Source: Alphaproteobacteria bacterium
GTDB taxonomy: Bacteria; Pseudomonadota; Alphaproteobacteria; DATDPM01
Reading direction: 5' to 3'
Assembly: GCA_041498815.1 (NCBI GenBank)
Contig: JBGQJC010000006.1
Location: 8,447 to 72,446 of the forward strand
DNA: 64,000 nucleotides
The translations under genes and the position numbers were made by a program. The notes under the pieces were generated by a model that saw only the letters and a list, made by a program, of their open reading frames with translations, searched no databases and had not been told where the DNA came from. Positions 23,302-32,155 of the stretch are shown here, one piece after another (within the stretch, counting starts at the first letter, position 1; each line of letters starts with the position of its first letter).

Positions 23302-24125
23302 CAAGGCTCGGTCCGGACCTCGCGGGCGCCGCGCTCGTAGTGACGGAAATATTTTTCGGTGACCCGCCTCGTTTCCACCATGACGCAGACGTCCGTCGTG
23401 TTGAACTGATAGTCGATCACCGCCCCGTCGCCCACGAATCCGCCGAGCCGCAGATAGCCCTTGATCAGCGGCGGGAGTCTTCCCATGCCGCTCGCGAGCG
23501 GCGGGAGTTTTCCGAGCCCGCGGCGGGGATCGATCTTTTCGCGCGGCAGCAGGTTCATATCGACATAGAGATGCGGCAGCGCGCGCGGGCGAATGGCGGG
23601 CGGCGCCAAATGAAAATGATAGAGATAGGAGAGCGGCACCGCCAACGCCTTGGGATCCGTTCCCGGCAGGCTGGCGCAGCCGAACATCATCGTGATTTCG
23701 TGCTCCATGACATAGGCCGCGATCCCCTGCCACAGGAGCTGCATCGTGGTTCCGGTGCGATAGGCGGCGTCGACGCAGCTGCGCCCGACTTCCATGATCT
23801 CGCCCGGGAAGGCAAGCAGCGGCGCGATGTCGTATTCGCGCGCCGAATAGAAGCCGCCGTGGCGCAATGCCGCCGCGCGGCGCAGCAAGCGGTAGGTGCC
23901 CACCACCGATTCGGGGCCACTGCCGCGCGTGTGATCGACGACGAGCAAATGGTCGCAGGCAGGATCGAATTCGTCGAAATCGCGCCGGCGCTCCGCCATC
24001 TCGGGCGAGGGCTTGGCCGCCATCTCTTCGTAGAAGATGCGATAGCGCAGCGCCTGGGCGGCATCGACGAACGTGGGCGAATCGGCGAGGCGCACTTCGA
24101 GACCGCCGGCGCGCAGCTCGCTCAT
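23301..24125 (-). CDS. olsB: Ornithine N-acyltransferase (GNAT-like OlsB family)
   Basis: AQALRYRIFYEE, DEFDPACDHL, VGTYRLL, EVGRSCV and LPPLIKGYLRLG motifs. Confidence 0.85.
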   Translation of the reverse strand: MSELRAGGLEVRLADSPTFVDAAQALRYRIFYEEMAAKPSPEMAERRRDFDEFDPACDHLLVVDHTRGSGPESVVGTYRLLRRAAALRHGGFYSAREYDIAPLLAFPGEIMEVGRSCVDAAYRTGTTMQLLWQGIAAYVMEHEITMMFGCASLPGTDPKALAVPLSYLYHFHLAPPAIRPRALPHLYVDMNLLPREKIDPRRGLGKLPPLASGMGRLPPLIKGYLRLGGFVGDGAVIDYQFNTTDVCVMVETRRVTEKYFRHYERGAREVRTEP

Positions 24126-24201
24126 CGGCCCAGCTTCCCGCCGCGTTTATGTCTGCCGCACGTCATTTTTTTCGTCCCCGGCCGCCTGCTTCGCGCCCAC
24201 G

Positions 24202-24636
24202 TCACTCTTTCTCGGCCGTCTTTTCCTCGGCGGACAGCGCAATTCCGTAAAGCTCGAGACGGTGATCGACCAGCCGGAAGCCGAGCTGGCGCGCCACCCG
24301 GCGCTGCAACTTTTCGATCTCGTCATTCTTGAACTCGATGATGCGGCCCGATTTCAAATCGATGAGATGATCGTGGTGCTCTTTCCCGGCGTCCTCGTAA
24401 CGCGCGCGGCCGTCGCCGAATTCGTGACGCTCCAGAATATTCGCCTCCTCGAAGAGGCGCACCGTGCGGTAGACGGTGGCGATGCTGATGTGGGGGTCGA
24501 TCGCGTGCGCCCGCTGGTAGAGAAGCTCGACGTCGGGATGGTCTTCGGATTCGGACAGGACTCGTGCGATCACCCGCCGCTGTTCGGTCATCTTGAGGCC
24601 CTTGTCGGTACACAGCCGCTCGATCCGCGAAGGCAT
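24202..24636 (-). CDS. fur: Fur/Mur family transcriptional regulator
   Basis: MTEQRRVIA, DHPDVE, SIATVYRT and HHDHLID motifs. Confidence 0.9.
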   Translation of the reverse strand: MPSRIERLCTDKGLKMTEQRRVIARVLSESEDHPDVELLYQRAHAIDPHISIATVYRTVRLFEEANILERHEFGDGRARYEDAGKEHHDHLIDLKSGRIIEFKNDEIEKLQRRVARQLGFRLVDHRLELYGIALSAEEKTAEKE

Positions 24637-24726
24637 GACGCGTCGTTCCGTTGGCCCAAAAGCCGGACTTTAAGAATAAACGAATCGGCGGGCGAAGCCT
24701 ATGGCTTCACGCCGCGGCAATCGCGG

Positions 24727-25146
24727 CTATTTCGGGCCGCGGCGCTTGCGCGCGGTGGTCCCGAGCCCGATCTGCTTTGCGAGCTCGCTGCGCTGAATCG
24801 CGTAATTGGGCGCCACCATGGGATAATCGGGCGCCAAGCCCCAGCGGTCGCGGTATTCCTCGGGGGTCATGTCGTAGGCGGTTTTTAAATGACGCTTCAA
24901 CATCTTGAGCTTGCGGCCGTCCTCGAGGCAGATGATGAAATCGGGCGTCACCGATTTCTTGATCGGAACCGCGGGTTGTGGCCGGGGTGCCACGGGCGCA
25001 TCGCGCCCGACATGGGCGAGGCTTCCGTAAACCTGCTGGATGAGATTCGGGAGGTCGTTCACCACCACCGTGTTCTTGGACACATGGGCGGCGACGATGG
25101 CGGCGGTCAAAGCCAGAAGATCGGGGGGGTTCGCGGACGCAGGCAT
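24727..25146 (-). CDS. mucR: MucR/Ros family zinc-finger regulator
   Basis: IICLEDGRKLKMLKRHL and DYPMVAPNY motifs; AGGAGGTG ribosome-binding site before ATG 25146. Confidence 0.93.
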   Translation of the reverse strand: MPASANPPDLLALTAAIVAAHVSKNTVVVNDLPNLIQQVYGSLAHVGRDAPVAPRPQPAVPIKKSVTPDFIICLEDGRKLKMLKRHLKTAYDMTPEEYRDRWGLAPDYPMVAPNYAIQRSELAKQIGLGTTARKRRGPK

Positions 25147-25172
25147 GCCGTTTTCACCTCCTGAGGCATCGG

Positions 25173-25186
25173 ACTTATATATAAGT
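25173..25186. promoter_or_regulatory. AT-rich perfect palindrome upstream of mucR
   Basis: ACTTATATATAAGT within a strongly AT-rich tract (about 25170-25270). Confidence 0.45.
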
Positions 25187-25309
25187 TCCTTATAATTATC
25201 CTGCAATACCGGGTCTAAATAAAGTAAAATAACAATAGCCGATAGCAAAGATTGACCAGATACTTGATCGAAATCGCCGCGGCGATTGGCCGAGCCGGCA
25301 TTGCCGGGC

Positions 25310-25789
25310 CTAGGGCGGCCCCGGCAAATCGAGCCGCAGGACGAGCGCATCGCAAGCAACCGTGCCGCCCCGGTAATAGCCGGGGCGCCGGGCGACGGGG
25401 CTAAAGCCTTGGCTAAGATAAAACGCCTGGGCCGGGCCGTTTGCTTCCGATACTTCGAGAAATATTTGACGGGCGTTCAATTTTGCCGCTTCGGCGCAGG
25501 CGGCCGCGAGAAGTGCTCGGCCGATTCCATGATTGCGGTGCGCCGCTTCGACGCCCATGGCGGCCAAATCGCAGATTCCGGCTGCCGCCCGGCAGAGAAT
25601 GAAACCCAAAGGAGCCGCGTTCTCGGCACCGGTCCGCGGCCGGGCCAAAAGTGCGAAACTTCCCGGAACCGCGAGAAAGCCCGCAACCGATGTCACGCTC
25701 CAGGGCGGCTCGAGCGCGCGCGCGAGAAGGGATGCGATGGGCTCGGCGCGATCGGCGCCGGCGGCAATGATTTCAAAATCCCGGCTCAT
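25310..25789 (-). CDS. rimI: RimI-like GNAT N-acetyltransferase
   Basis: RNHGIGRALL, FLEVSEAN and RRPGYY motifs; follows tsaB with an ATGA overlap. Confidence 0.82.
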   Translation of the reverse strand: MSRDFEIIAAGADRAEPIASLLARALEPPWSVTSVAGFLAVPGSFALLARPRTGAENAAPLGFILCRAAAGICDLAAMGVEAAHRNHGIGRALLAAACAEAAKLNARQIFLEVSEANGPAQAFYLSQGFSPVARRPGYYRGGTVACDALVLRLDLPGPP

Positions 25790-26451
25790 GTCGCGCCCTT
25801 GCCGGGCAGCTTGGCATAGGGCGGATGGATATAAAGCGGAGTTAGCGGCGCGTCGCCGTGTTCGGGAAGTCCGGCTACCAGCGCCGCCACGTCGGCGGCA
25901 TCGGGAAGAACGGCATGGGCGGCGAATTCGATACCGGAATTCCCGGCGCTGAGATCCAGGCGATCCCGGGCGTTGCCCGCGATCAGAACCCGGCCAACGG
26001 CGACCCGCGCCGGAACAGCGGCCGGCGGGACGGCTTCGATCGGCGAGCGTTCGGAAAGATCGGGGCCGAAGACCTGGAGGAAGATTTCGGGACGGCCGGT
26101 ATCGAGGGCAACGAATATGTCGCGGGCGCCCGCTTCGCGCGTTGCGGCGCGGGCAATCGCCTTGAGTGACGTGACGCCAAGGGCTGGAATGCCGGAAGCG
26201 AGCGCGATGCCGCGCGCGGCCGCCAAGCCGATGCGAATTCCGGTGAAGCTGCCGGGACCCAGCGTCACCCCGACCCGGGCGAGATCGGTGAAGGCTTTGC
26301 CGGCCTCGGCCAGCACCTCGGCCAGCATGGGAAATAAGGCTTCCGCGTGGCCGCGCTCCATAAGCCTTGCGCGGCGCGCCAAGACTTCGCCGTCCTGCCA
26401 AAGTGCTACGGAGCAGGACCCAAGCGCGGTGTCGAGGCCCAGGATCAGCAT
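25786..26451 (-). CDS. tsaB: tRNA threonylcarbamoyladenosine biosynthesis protein TsaB
   Basis: ILGLDTA, GHAEAL and GPGSFTGIRIG motifs. Confidence 0.95.
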   Translation of the reverse strand: MLILGLDTALGSCSVALWQDGEVLARRARLMERGHAEALFPMLAEVLAEAGKAFTDLARVGVTLGPGSFTGIRIGLAAARGIALASGIPALGVTSLKAIARAATREAGARDIFVALDTGRPEIFLQVFGPDLSERSPIEAVPPAAVPARVAVGRVLIAGNARDRLDLSAGNSGIEFAAHAVLPDAADVAALVAGLPEHGDAPLTPLYIHPPYAKLPGKGAT

Positions 26452-26555
26452 CGGATTATCGGCATTGCAGCGGCAGGGCGCTTTTATATCGACGGCGCGA
26501 ATTTTGGCGCAGGCCCGGGCTCATGGTAGAAAAGCGCGCCCTTGGATCAGGTTTC

Positions 26556-27119
26556 ATGACGCTCGTTCCCATCACCGCCGCCGGCTACGGCGTTTCGATC
26601 GATCTCGCTTATGCCGGACCCGATAATTTCACCGGGCGCCCGGTATATAAGCGGGCGCTTTGTTTTCTCCATGCCGACGCCGCGGAAACTTTGCGGCGCG
26701 CGGTGGAATTGGCGGCGCACATGGATTTGCGGCTCAAGATCTTCGATGCCTTTCGGCCCGCCGAGGCGCAATGGGTGTTGTGGAACTGCCGGCCTAATCC
26801 CGAGTTCCTGGCGGATCCGAGGCGGGGTTCGCCCCACTCTCGCGGTATTGCCGTCGACCTCACGCTGATCGACGGCGACGGCCGCGAGCTCGACATGGGG
26901 ACCGGATTCGACGAGTTCACGCCGCTCGCGCATCACGGGGCGAGCGGAATCTCGGCCGAGGCGCAAGGTGACCGGATGATGCTGTTGGGCATCATGACGG
27001 CGGCGGGCTGGGACTATTACCGCAACGAGTGGTGGCATTATCAGCTCTTCGATTCCAAACGCTATCCGTTGATCGGCGATGCGGAGGCCCCCGAGCGCAT
27101 GATGGGCGACGACGCCTAA
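26556..27119 (+). CDS. ddpX: D-alanyl-D-alanine dipeptidase (M15D, VanX/DdpX)
   Basis: FDAFRP, SPHSRGIAVD (SxHxxGxAxD), DMGTGFD and EWWH motifs; no signal peptide. Confidence 0.9.
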   Translation: MTLVPITAAGYGVSIDLAYAGPDNFTGRPVYKRALCFLHADAAETLRRAVELAAHMDLRLKIFDAFRPAEAQWVLWNCRPNPEFLADPRRGSPHSRGIAVDLTLIDGDGRELDMGTGFDEFTPLAHHGASGISAEAQGDRMMLLGIMTAAGWDYYRNEWWHYQLFDSKRYPLIGDAEAPERMMGDDA

Positions 27120-27706
27120 ACGATCCGGCAGGCCTCGTCGAACCCAAGGCGCGGCGCGCGCGGCTTGAGCGACGCGTGCTCGCCATAGCCGAGATTGCAC
27201 AAAAAATTGGATTTGAATTGCCCGTCCGGGAAAAAGATCGCGTCCAATTTCGCGTTGTCGAAGCCCGACATCGGCCCGCAATCAAGGCCCAGCGCGCGGG
27301 CCGCCAAGATGAGATATGCGCCCTGGAGCGTGCCATTGCGAAATGCGGTGACGTCGGCTAGCTCGGGATCGTTCACGAAGACGCTGCGCGCATCGGCCCA
27401 GGGAACAAGCTTCGGCATCAGATCGTAGAACCGGGTGTCGTAAGCGACGATGGCGGTGGCCGGCGCGGTCATGGTCTTTTCGACATTGCCGGCGTCGAGA
27501 CAGGGCTTCAGGCGCTCCTTCGCGGCGCTCGATTTCACGAACACGACGCGCATCGGGCAGCAATTGGAACTGGTCGGGCCGAACTTCGTTAGCTCGTAAA
27601 GGGCCTCGATCAGCGCGTCCGTGACCTCGCCGCCGCGCCAGACACGGAAGGTGCGCGCCTCGCGGAACAGGAGATCCATGCCGGCATCGCTTAGAATCTC
27701 GCTCAT
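27116..27706 (-). CDS. Nitroreductase family protein (RutE/malonic semialdehyde reductase-like)
   Basis: LFREART, GPTSSNCCP, LQGAYLILAARALGLDCGPMSGFD and NLGYG motifs. Confidence 0.88.
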   Translation of the reverse strand: MSEILSDAGMDLLFREARTFRVWRGGEVTDALIEALYELTKFGPTSSNCCPMRVVFVKSSAAKERLKPCLDAGNVEKTMTAPATAIVAYDTRFYDLMPKLVPWADARSVFVNDPELADVTAFRNGTLQGAYLILAARALGLDCGPMSGFDNAKLDAIFFPDGQFKSNFLCNLGYGEHASLKPRAPRLGFDEACRIV

Positions 27707-27809
27707 CCCCGCCTCCCTTGACCTGCGACAACGAGGTCCAGCTTCCATGGGCCGGGCTTCGGGCGCAACCGCGATTGCGGCCGAAAGGTCCAGGTCTTAT
27801 CGTCCGGCC

Positions 27810-28844
27810 ATGAGCAGAATCCCGCGCATAACGCACAGGATAAGCGCCCTGGCGGCGGCCGCGTTTTTGGCGCTCGGGACGCCCGCCGGTGCCAGGGCCG
27901 CCCAATCCGCGGTCATCTTCGTCTATCACCGCTTCGGCGAATCCGAATTTCCGACGACCAGCCTGCGCCTCGATCAATTCGAGGCCGAGATCGCGGAACT
28001 GAAGAACGGCGGATATACGGTGATGGCGATCCCCGAGATTCTGCGCGCGATCGGGGACGGCAGGGAATTGCCCGAGCTTACCGTCGGGATCAGCGTCGAT
28101 GATGCGTATCTATCGGCCTATGCCGAGGCCTGGCCGCGCCTGAAGAAGGCCGGATTCCCGATGACCGTTTTCGTTGCGACCGACCCCGTCGATCGCGGTT
28201 TTCGCGACTACATGAATTGGGACCAGATCCGCCGGCTCGCCAAAGAGGGTGTGACCATCGGCGCGCATTCGGCATCCCACCTTCATATGGCCGATGCCGC
28301 CCCGGACAAGAACGCGGACGAGATCGCGCGCTCGAACGCGCGGTTCAAGGCGGAGCTGGGCGCGGTGCCGGAAATTTTCGCTTATCCCTACGGCGAAACC
28401 AGCCTGGCCGTGCGCGAACAGGTGAAGGCCGCGGGCTACGCCTTCGCCTTCGGCCAGCATTCGGGCGTGATCTATCCCGGTTCCGATTTCTTCAACCTGC
28501 CGCGTTTTGCCATCAACGAACACTTCGCGGCGCCAAGCGAATTCCGAAACAAGGCCCGCTCGCTTCCCCTGGCGGTGAAGGATCTGGCGCCCGCCGATCC
28601 TTTGCTTATGGCGAGCCCGGCCGCGATTTCATTCACGGTGGAAGAAACGGCCGCCCTCGACCGCCTCACCTGTTTCGATGCCGAAGGCGCGGCGCTGCCG
28701 TTCACGAAAACGGGTGGAAATCGGATCGAGGTGAAGATCGCGAAGACGCTGCCGCCGGGGCGATTCCGCCTCAGTTGCACGCTGCCTGCGGGGGATGGGC
28801 GGTTCCGCTGGTTCGGGGCGCCCTATTACTTGCCGAAGCGCTGA
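27810..28844 (+). CDS. Secreted polysaccharide deacetylase (CE4) with a C-terminal Ig-like domain
   Basis: Signal peptide; YHRF, SVDDAY, HSASH and FAYPYG motifs. Confidence 0.85.
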   Translation: MSRIPRITHRISALAAAAFLALGTPAGARAAQSAVIFVYHRFGESEFPTTSLRLDQFEAEIAELKNGGYTVMAIPEILRAIGDGRELPELTVGISVDDAYLSAYAEAWPRLKKAGFPMTVFVATDPVDRGFRDYMNWDQIRRLAKEGVTIGAHSASHLHMADAAPDKNADEIARSNARFKAELGAVPEIFAYPYGETSLAVREQVKAAGYAFAFGQHSGVIYPGSDFFNLPRFAINEHFAAPSEFRNKARSLPLAVKDLAPADPLLMASPAAISFTVEETAALDRLTCFDAEGAALPFTKTGGNRIEVKIAKTLPPGRFRLSCTLPAGDGRFRWFGAPYYLPKR

Positions 28845-28862
28845 GCCGCGGCAGGTGGCGCG

Positions 28863-29957
28863 CTATTGGACGCTGGGGATGAGGCCGGCAAGCCGGCCGC
28901 CGCGCAACTTGGCGCGATCGAGCGGCTCGAGATTATTCGCCCGGATCAAGGACTGGATCGCGTCGATATAGTCCGCGCGGCGCTCGGAATAGGCATAGAG
29001 CGACGAGGCCAGCTCGTAGCCGTTGAGCTCCTGGCCGCGGGCGCGCGTCTCGGCGCGCTGCTTGCGGAACTGGCGGTAGGCATCATGGATGTTGAGGTTG
29101 TGGGCGTAGGACTGAACGGCATCGAGGAGATGGTCGTAGCTGCGGACCAGATGGCGCTTGCCGTCGTCGCGATGGGTCGGCACCAGCCCGGCATCCTCGG
29201 CAAAAGTGTATTGGCCGAAGGCGGCGTTGCCTTCGCTCATGAAGCGCGAGGTGCCCCAGCCGGACTCCTCGGCCGCCTGGGCCAAGGCCAGCGAGGGCGG
29301 GATGACATCGACCCGGGTCAAAAGCTGGTCGAAATCGGGCTTTTCCAGCCCGTAGCGCGCCGCCAGGTCGTTGAGCCAGGCCGCCTCTTCGGCGGTGGGG
29401 GCGCGGCCCGATTCGGAACGGGCGCGCAGCGCCAACAGCCTGCCGCGTTCGAGCAAGATGGACTCGTTCACCTTGAGGACGAGAGGCAGCATCGTCCGGG
29501 TGAAGAGCTCTTTGCGCGTGTCGGTGGAGGATAAGGATTTGAGATCGGAGGGGAGGCTGGCGAGGAACACCCGCGGCACTTCGACCTGGTCGCCGCGGCC
29601 GAGGTTATAGCCCATGCCGGCGAAAAGATCGGTGAGCTTCTCGGTCGAGCCCACTTGCATGACCTGGGCAGGCTTCTCGAGCCCGCCCGACGAGGCGACC
29701 ACGACCGGCCCGGCCTGCGCCGCAACATCATCCGAGGGAACCCACGACCCCAAAGCTTGCAGACGCAGGTCGACAAGCTTGGGCGCGATCAGGGGCGCCA
29801 CCCTGGGCAGCGCCACCGCCATATAGAGCGCCGCCACGCACAGCGTGAGCGCCCCCAGCGCCGCATAGATGAAGTCCTGGTCCTGCCGGCTCTTGGGCCG
29901 GATCACCCGAATTTCGGAACCGTCTTTGCCACTCACTACGCTTGCCTCCTTGGACAT
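28863..29957 (-). CDS. Membrane-anchored glucosaminidase-domain (GH73, Bax-like) protein
   Basis: N-terminal transmembrane helix; RVDVIPPSLALAQAAEESGWGTSRF, NLNIH.AY and YSER motifs. Confidence 0.85.
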   Translation of the reverse strand: MSKEASVVSGKDGSEIRVIRPKSRQDQDFIYAALGALTLCVAALYMAVALPRVAPLIAPKLVDLRLQALGSWVPSDDVAAQAGPVVVASSGGLEKPAQVMQVGSTEKLTDLFAGMGYNLGRGDQVEVPRVFLASLPSDLKSLSSTDTRKELFTRTMLPLVLKVNESILLERGRLLALRARSESGRAPTAEEAAWLNDLAARYGLEKPDFDQLLTRVDVIPPSLALAQAAEESGWGTSRFMSEGNAAFGQYTFAEDAGLVPTHRDDGKRHLVRSYDHLLDAVQSYAHNLNIHDAYRQFRKQRAETRARGQELNGYELASSLYAYSERRADYIDAIQSLIRANNLEPLDRAKLRGGRLAGLIPSVQ

Positions 29958-30009
29958 CCGCAATAGTTTGTTATCGGTCGCCCTGTGGCCGGCACATCAG
30001 ACTCAAATT

Positions 30010-30024
30010 TTAATGGATTGTTAA
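30010..30024. promoter_or_regulatory. CtrA-type binding site
   Basis: TTAA-TGGATTG-TTAA (TTAA-N7-TTAA) about 50 nt upstream of the Bax-like gene. Confidence 0.55.
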
Positions 30025-30232
30025 GCCGAATTGTCGCAACGGCTCGTCCGATTCCCCTGGGCGAGATTGATACACTCCGGTGTGAGGTTCAGAGTTTCGC
30101 CGAAAATTGTGGCGATATTAGGGAGAAGGGAGGGCGGGAGGATGGAATTTTCGCTTGTGGCCCAAACGCAACGAGAAGGCTAAGTAACCAGTCTGACATA
30201 CAAAATATAGTTAATCGGCTGGATTCCGGGTT

Positions 30233-30784
30233 TTAGAGGACCGGCCGGACCTCGATAACCTCCGGGATATAGTGCCGGAGCATGTTTTCGATTCCGGTCT
30301 TGAGCGTCAGGGTCGAACTGGGGCATCCGGAGCAGGATCCGCGCATATTTAAATAAACCACCCCGTTCTCGAAACCCTCGAAGGTGATGTCCCCGCCGTC
30401 GGCCGCGACCGCGGGACGGACTCTGGTTTCGATGAGCTCCTTGATCTGGGCGACGATCTCGTCGTCGTCCTCGCTCGGCGCTTCCGCCTCGCCGCCGGTA
30501 TCCGAAACCGCGGCCTCGCCCGAGACGAAATGGTCCATGAGGGCATGCAGGATCATGGGCTTTAAGGCCAGCCAATCCTTGTCCGTAGCCTTGGTCACGG
30601 TGATGAAATCGGCGCCCAGGAAAACGCCGGCCACCCCTTCGACCTCGAACAGGCGAAGGGCCAAGGGCGAAGCCGACGCCGTGTCCTTATTCGGGAAATC
30701 GGCGTTGCCCTTTGCCATCACTTCGCGGCCGGGCAGGAACTTGAGCGTCGCCGGATTGGGAGTCTGCTCGGTCTGGATAAACAT
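30233..30784 (-). CDS. nfuA: NifU/Nfu-type Fe-S cluster carrier
   Basis: MFIQTEQTPNPATLKF, RVRPAVAADGGD and GSCSGCPSS motifs. Confidence 0.9.
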   Translation of the reverse strand: MFIQTEQTPNPATLKFLPGREVMAKGNADFPNKDTASASPLALRLFEVEGVAGVFLGADFITVTKATDKDWLALKPMILHALMDHFVSGEAAVSDTGGEAEAPSEDDDEIVAQIKELIETRVRPAVAADGGDITFEGFENGVVYLNMRGSCSGCPSSTLTLKTGIENMLRHYIPEVIEVRPVL

Positions 30785-30823
30785 GGGGCACCTCGAGACA
30801 ATGGCCGCCGCGGGCAGCCTTTA

Positions 30824-30851
30824 ACATGGCATGCGCCCGCCCGCATTCAAC
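30824..30851 (-). promoter_or_regulatory. Possible RpoH (sigma32)-type promoter for nfuA
   Basis: Minus strand GTTGAA-N16-CCATGT resembles the alphaproteobacterial CTTGAA-N15/16-CCTATAT consensus. Confidence 0.35.
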
Positions 30852-30907
30852 CCTGTTGCCATCAGGGATTAGCGGGGCCTTAAACCCTAATCAGCCTAGG
30901 GTTTCAA

Positions 30908-31390
30908 TTAAGTGAGGGATTCCAACTGTTCCTCGGTGAGGTTGCCCGGCACGATCGTGACCGGGACCTTGAGCCGGTTCATGAACCGCCCGGTCAAGGC
31001 GGAAATGAGCGGGCCCGGCCCGGTCGGGTCGGTCGAGGCGGCCAAGACCAGGATCGAGATGCCGGGGTCTTCCTCGATCAGCTTCAAGAGCTCATCGCGT
31101 CTGGAGCCTTCACGGACGTGCAACACCGGCATGCTGCCCGCCCATTTGTTGACCTCGGCCGAAAGATCGTGGAGCAGCGCTTCGGCTTCGGAACGGCGTT
31201 CCTCCTGGGCGAGATTCTCGACCGCCATCCATTGCAGGAAATCGGACGGCTCGATTACGTAGAGAAGCGCAACTTTGCCCCCCACCGATTTCGCCCGGAG
31301 GCTGGCGTAGCGCAGCGCCACGCGCATCTCTTCGCTCTCGTCCACGACAACGAGAAAAACGCGCTCGCCTTTGTCCCCTCTTTTCACCAT
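30908..31390 (-). CDS. Universal stress protein
   Basis: FLVVVDESEE...ALRYA, GPGPL and PVTIVPG motifs. Confidence 0.88.
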   Translation of the reverse strand: MVKRGDKGERVFLVVVDESEEMRVALRYASLRAKSVGGKVALLYVIEPSDFLQWMAVENLAQEERRSEAEALLHDLSAEVNKWAGSMPVLHVREGSRRDELLKLIEEDPGISILVLAASTDPTGPGPLISALTGRFMNRLKVPVTIVPGNLTEEQLESLT

Positions 31391-31393
31391 GAC

Positions 31394-32155
31394 CTAGACC
31401 TTCCGCAGTCCGAGGGCCCCGATCCATCCTGCCATCACCGCAATTGCGACGGCAACGAGGCCGTAAAAAGCCGGATCCTGTTGGGCGCGATCGTAGACCG
31501 CGGCGCTCAAGCCAACTTTTGTAATAAAGAGCGGCCAGCGCTGGGCGTTTTCGATCGCGCCGTCGCGAACCAAGAACACCTCGACGGTATAGGGGCCGGT
31601 GGCGACCGTGGCCGGAAAAGCCACGGTGGTGCGGAACAGCCGCCCGCCCAGGAACGTCACCTGCCCGGGCCCGGCGCCATAAAGCCCTTCGCGCGCCTTG
31701 GCGCGCACCAACGCGGCGCGGAACTTTTCGGTTTCGGCGTTGACGGACCTGTCGGCCGCCGCGACGCGGACATGATCGAGGCCGGCTTCGATCCCGGCAA
31801 GCGCCGGGCCGGACGCGATCAGATCGAGCGGGCGCGAGCTCGCGACATAATAAAAAGCGGGTGCGCGGTCGAAGCTCATCCAATCCCGGTTGACCCAGAT
31901 TCCGGCGAAACGCTCCTTGCGTCGCACCACGACCGGCTGGTTGGGGCCGCGCACCACCACGATGACATCGCCGTTGCCGTCGGTCGCCCCGAACAGCAGC
32001 ACTTCGGCGCCCGAGAAACCGAGCGTGATGTCGATGCGCCGTTTCGACAGGTCGGCCACCAGATAATCGGCCCGAGCCGGAATTGCGCCGAGCAAAACGG
32101 CGGCAACGACCGCGGCCGATAACGCCCCAAGCAGAATGGCACGCGCGCGCCTCAT
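31394..32155 (-). CDS. TIGR02186-like conserved membrane protein
   Basis: Signal peptide, FSGAEVLLFGA, RRKERFAGIWVN, C-terminal transmembrane helix; ATGA overlap with tauE. Confidence 0.8.
   Translation of the reverse strand: MRRARAILLGALSAAVVAAVLLGAIPARADYLVADLSKRRIDITLGFSGAEVLLFGATDGNGDVIVVVRGPNQPVVVRRKERFAGIWVNRDWMSFDRAPAFYYVASSRPLDLIASGPALAGIEAGLDHVRVAAADRSVNAETEKFRAALVRAKAREGLYGAGPGQVTFLGGRLFRTTVAFPATVATGPYTVEVFLVRDGAIENAQRWPLFITKVGLSAAVYDRAQQDPAFYGLVAVAIAVMAGWIGALGLRKV

Noticed and set aside
24155-24180. Pho-box-like CGTCAT...CGTCC upstream of olsB
   Set aside because: Wrong orientation, and a 12-nt rather than 11-nt period
26556-27119. VanX-like gene as glycopeptide resistance
   Set aside because: No vanH, vanA or vanRS; Gram-negative host; consistent with housekeeping DdpX
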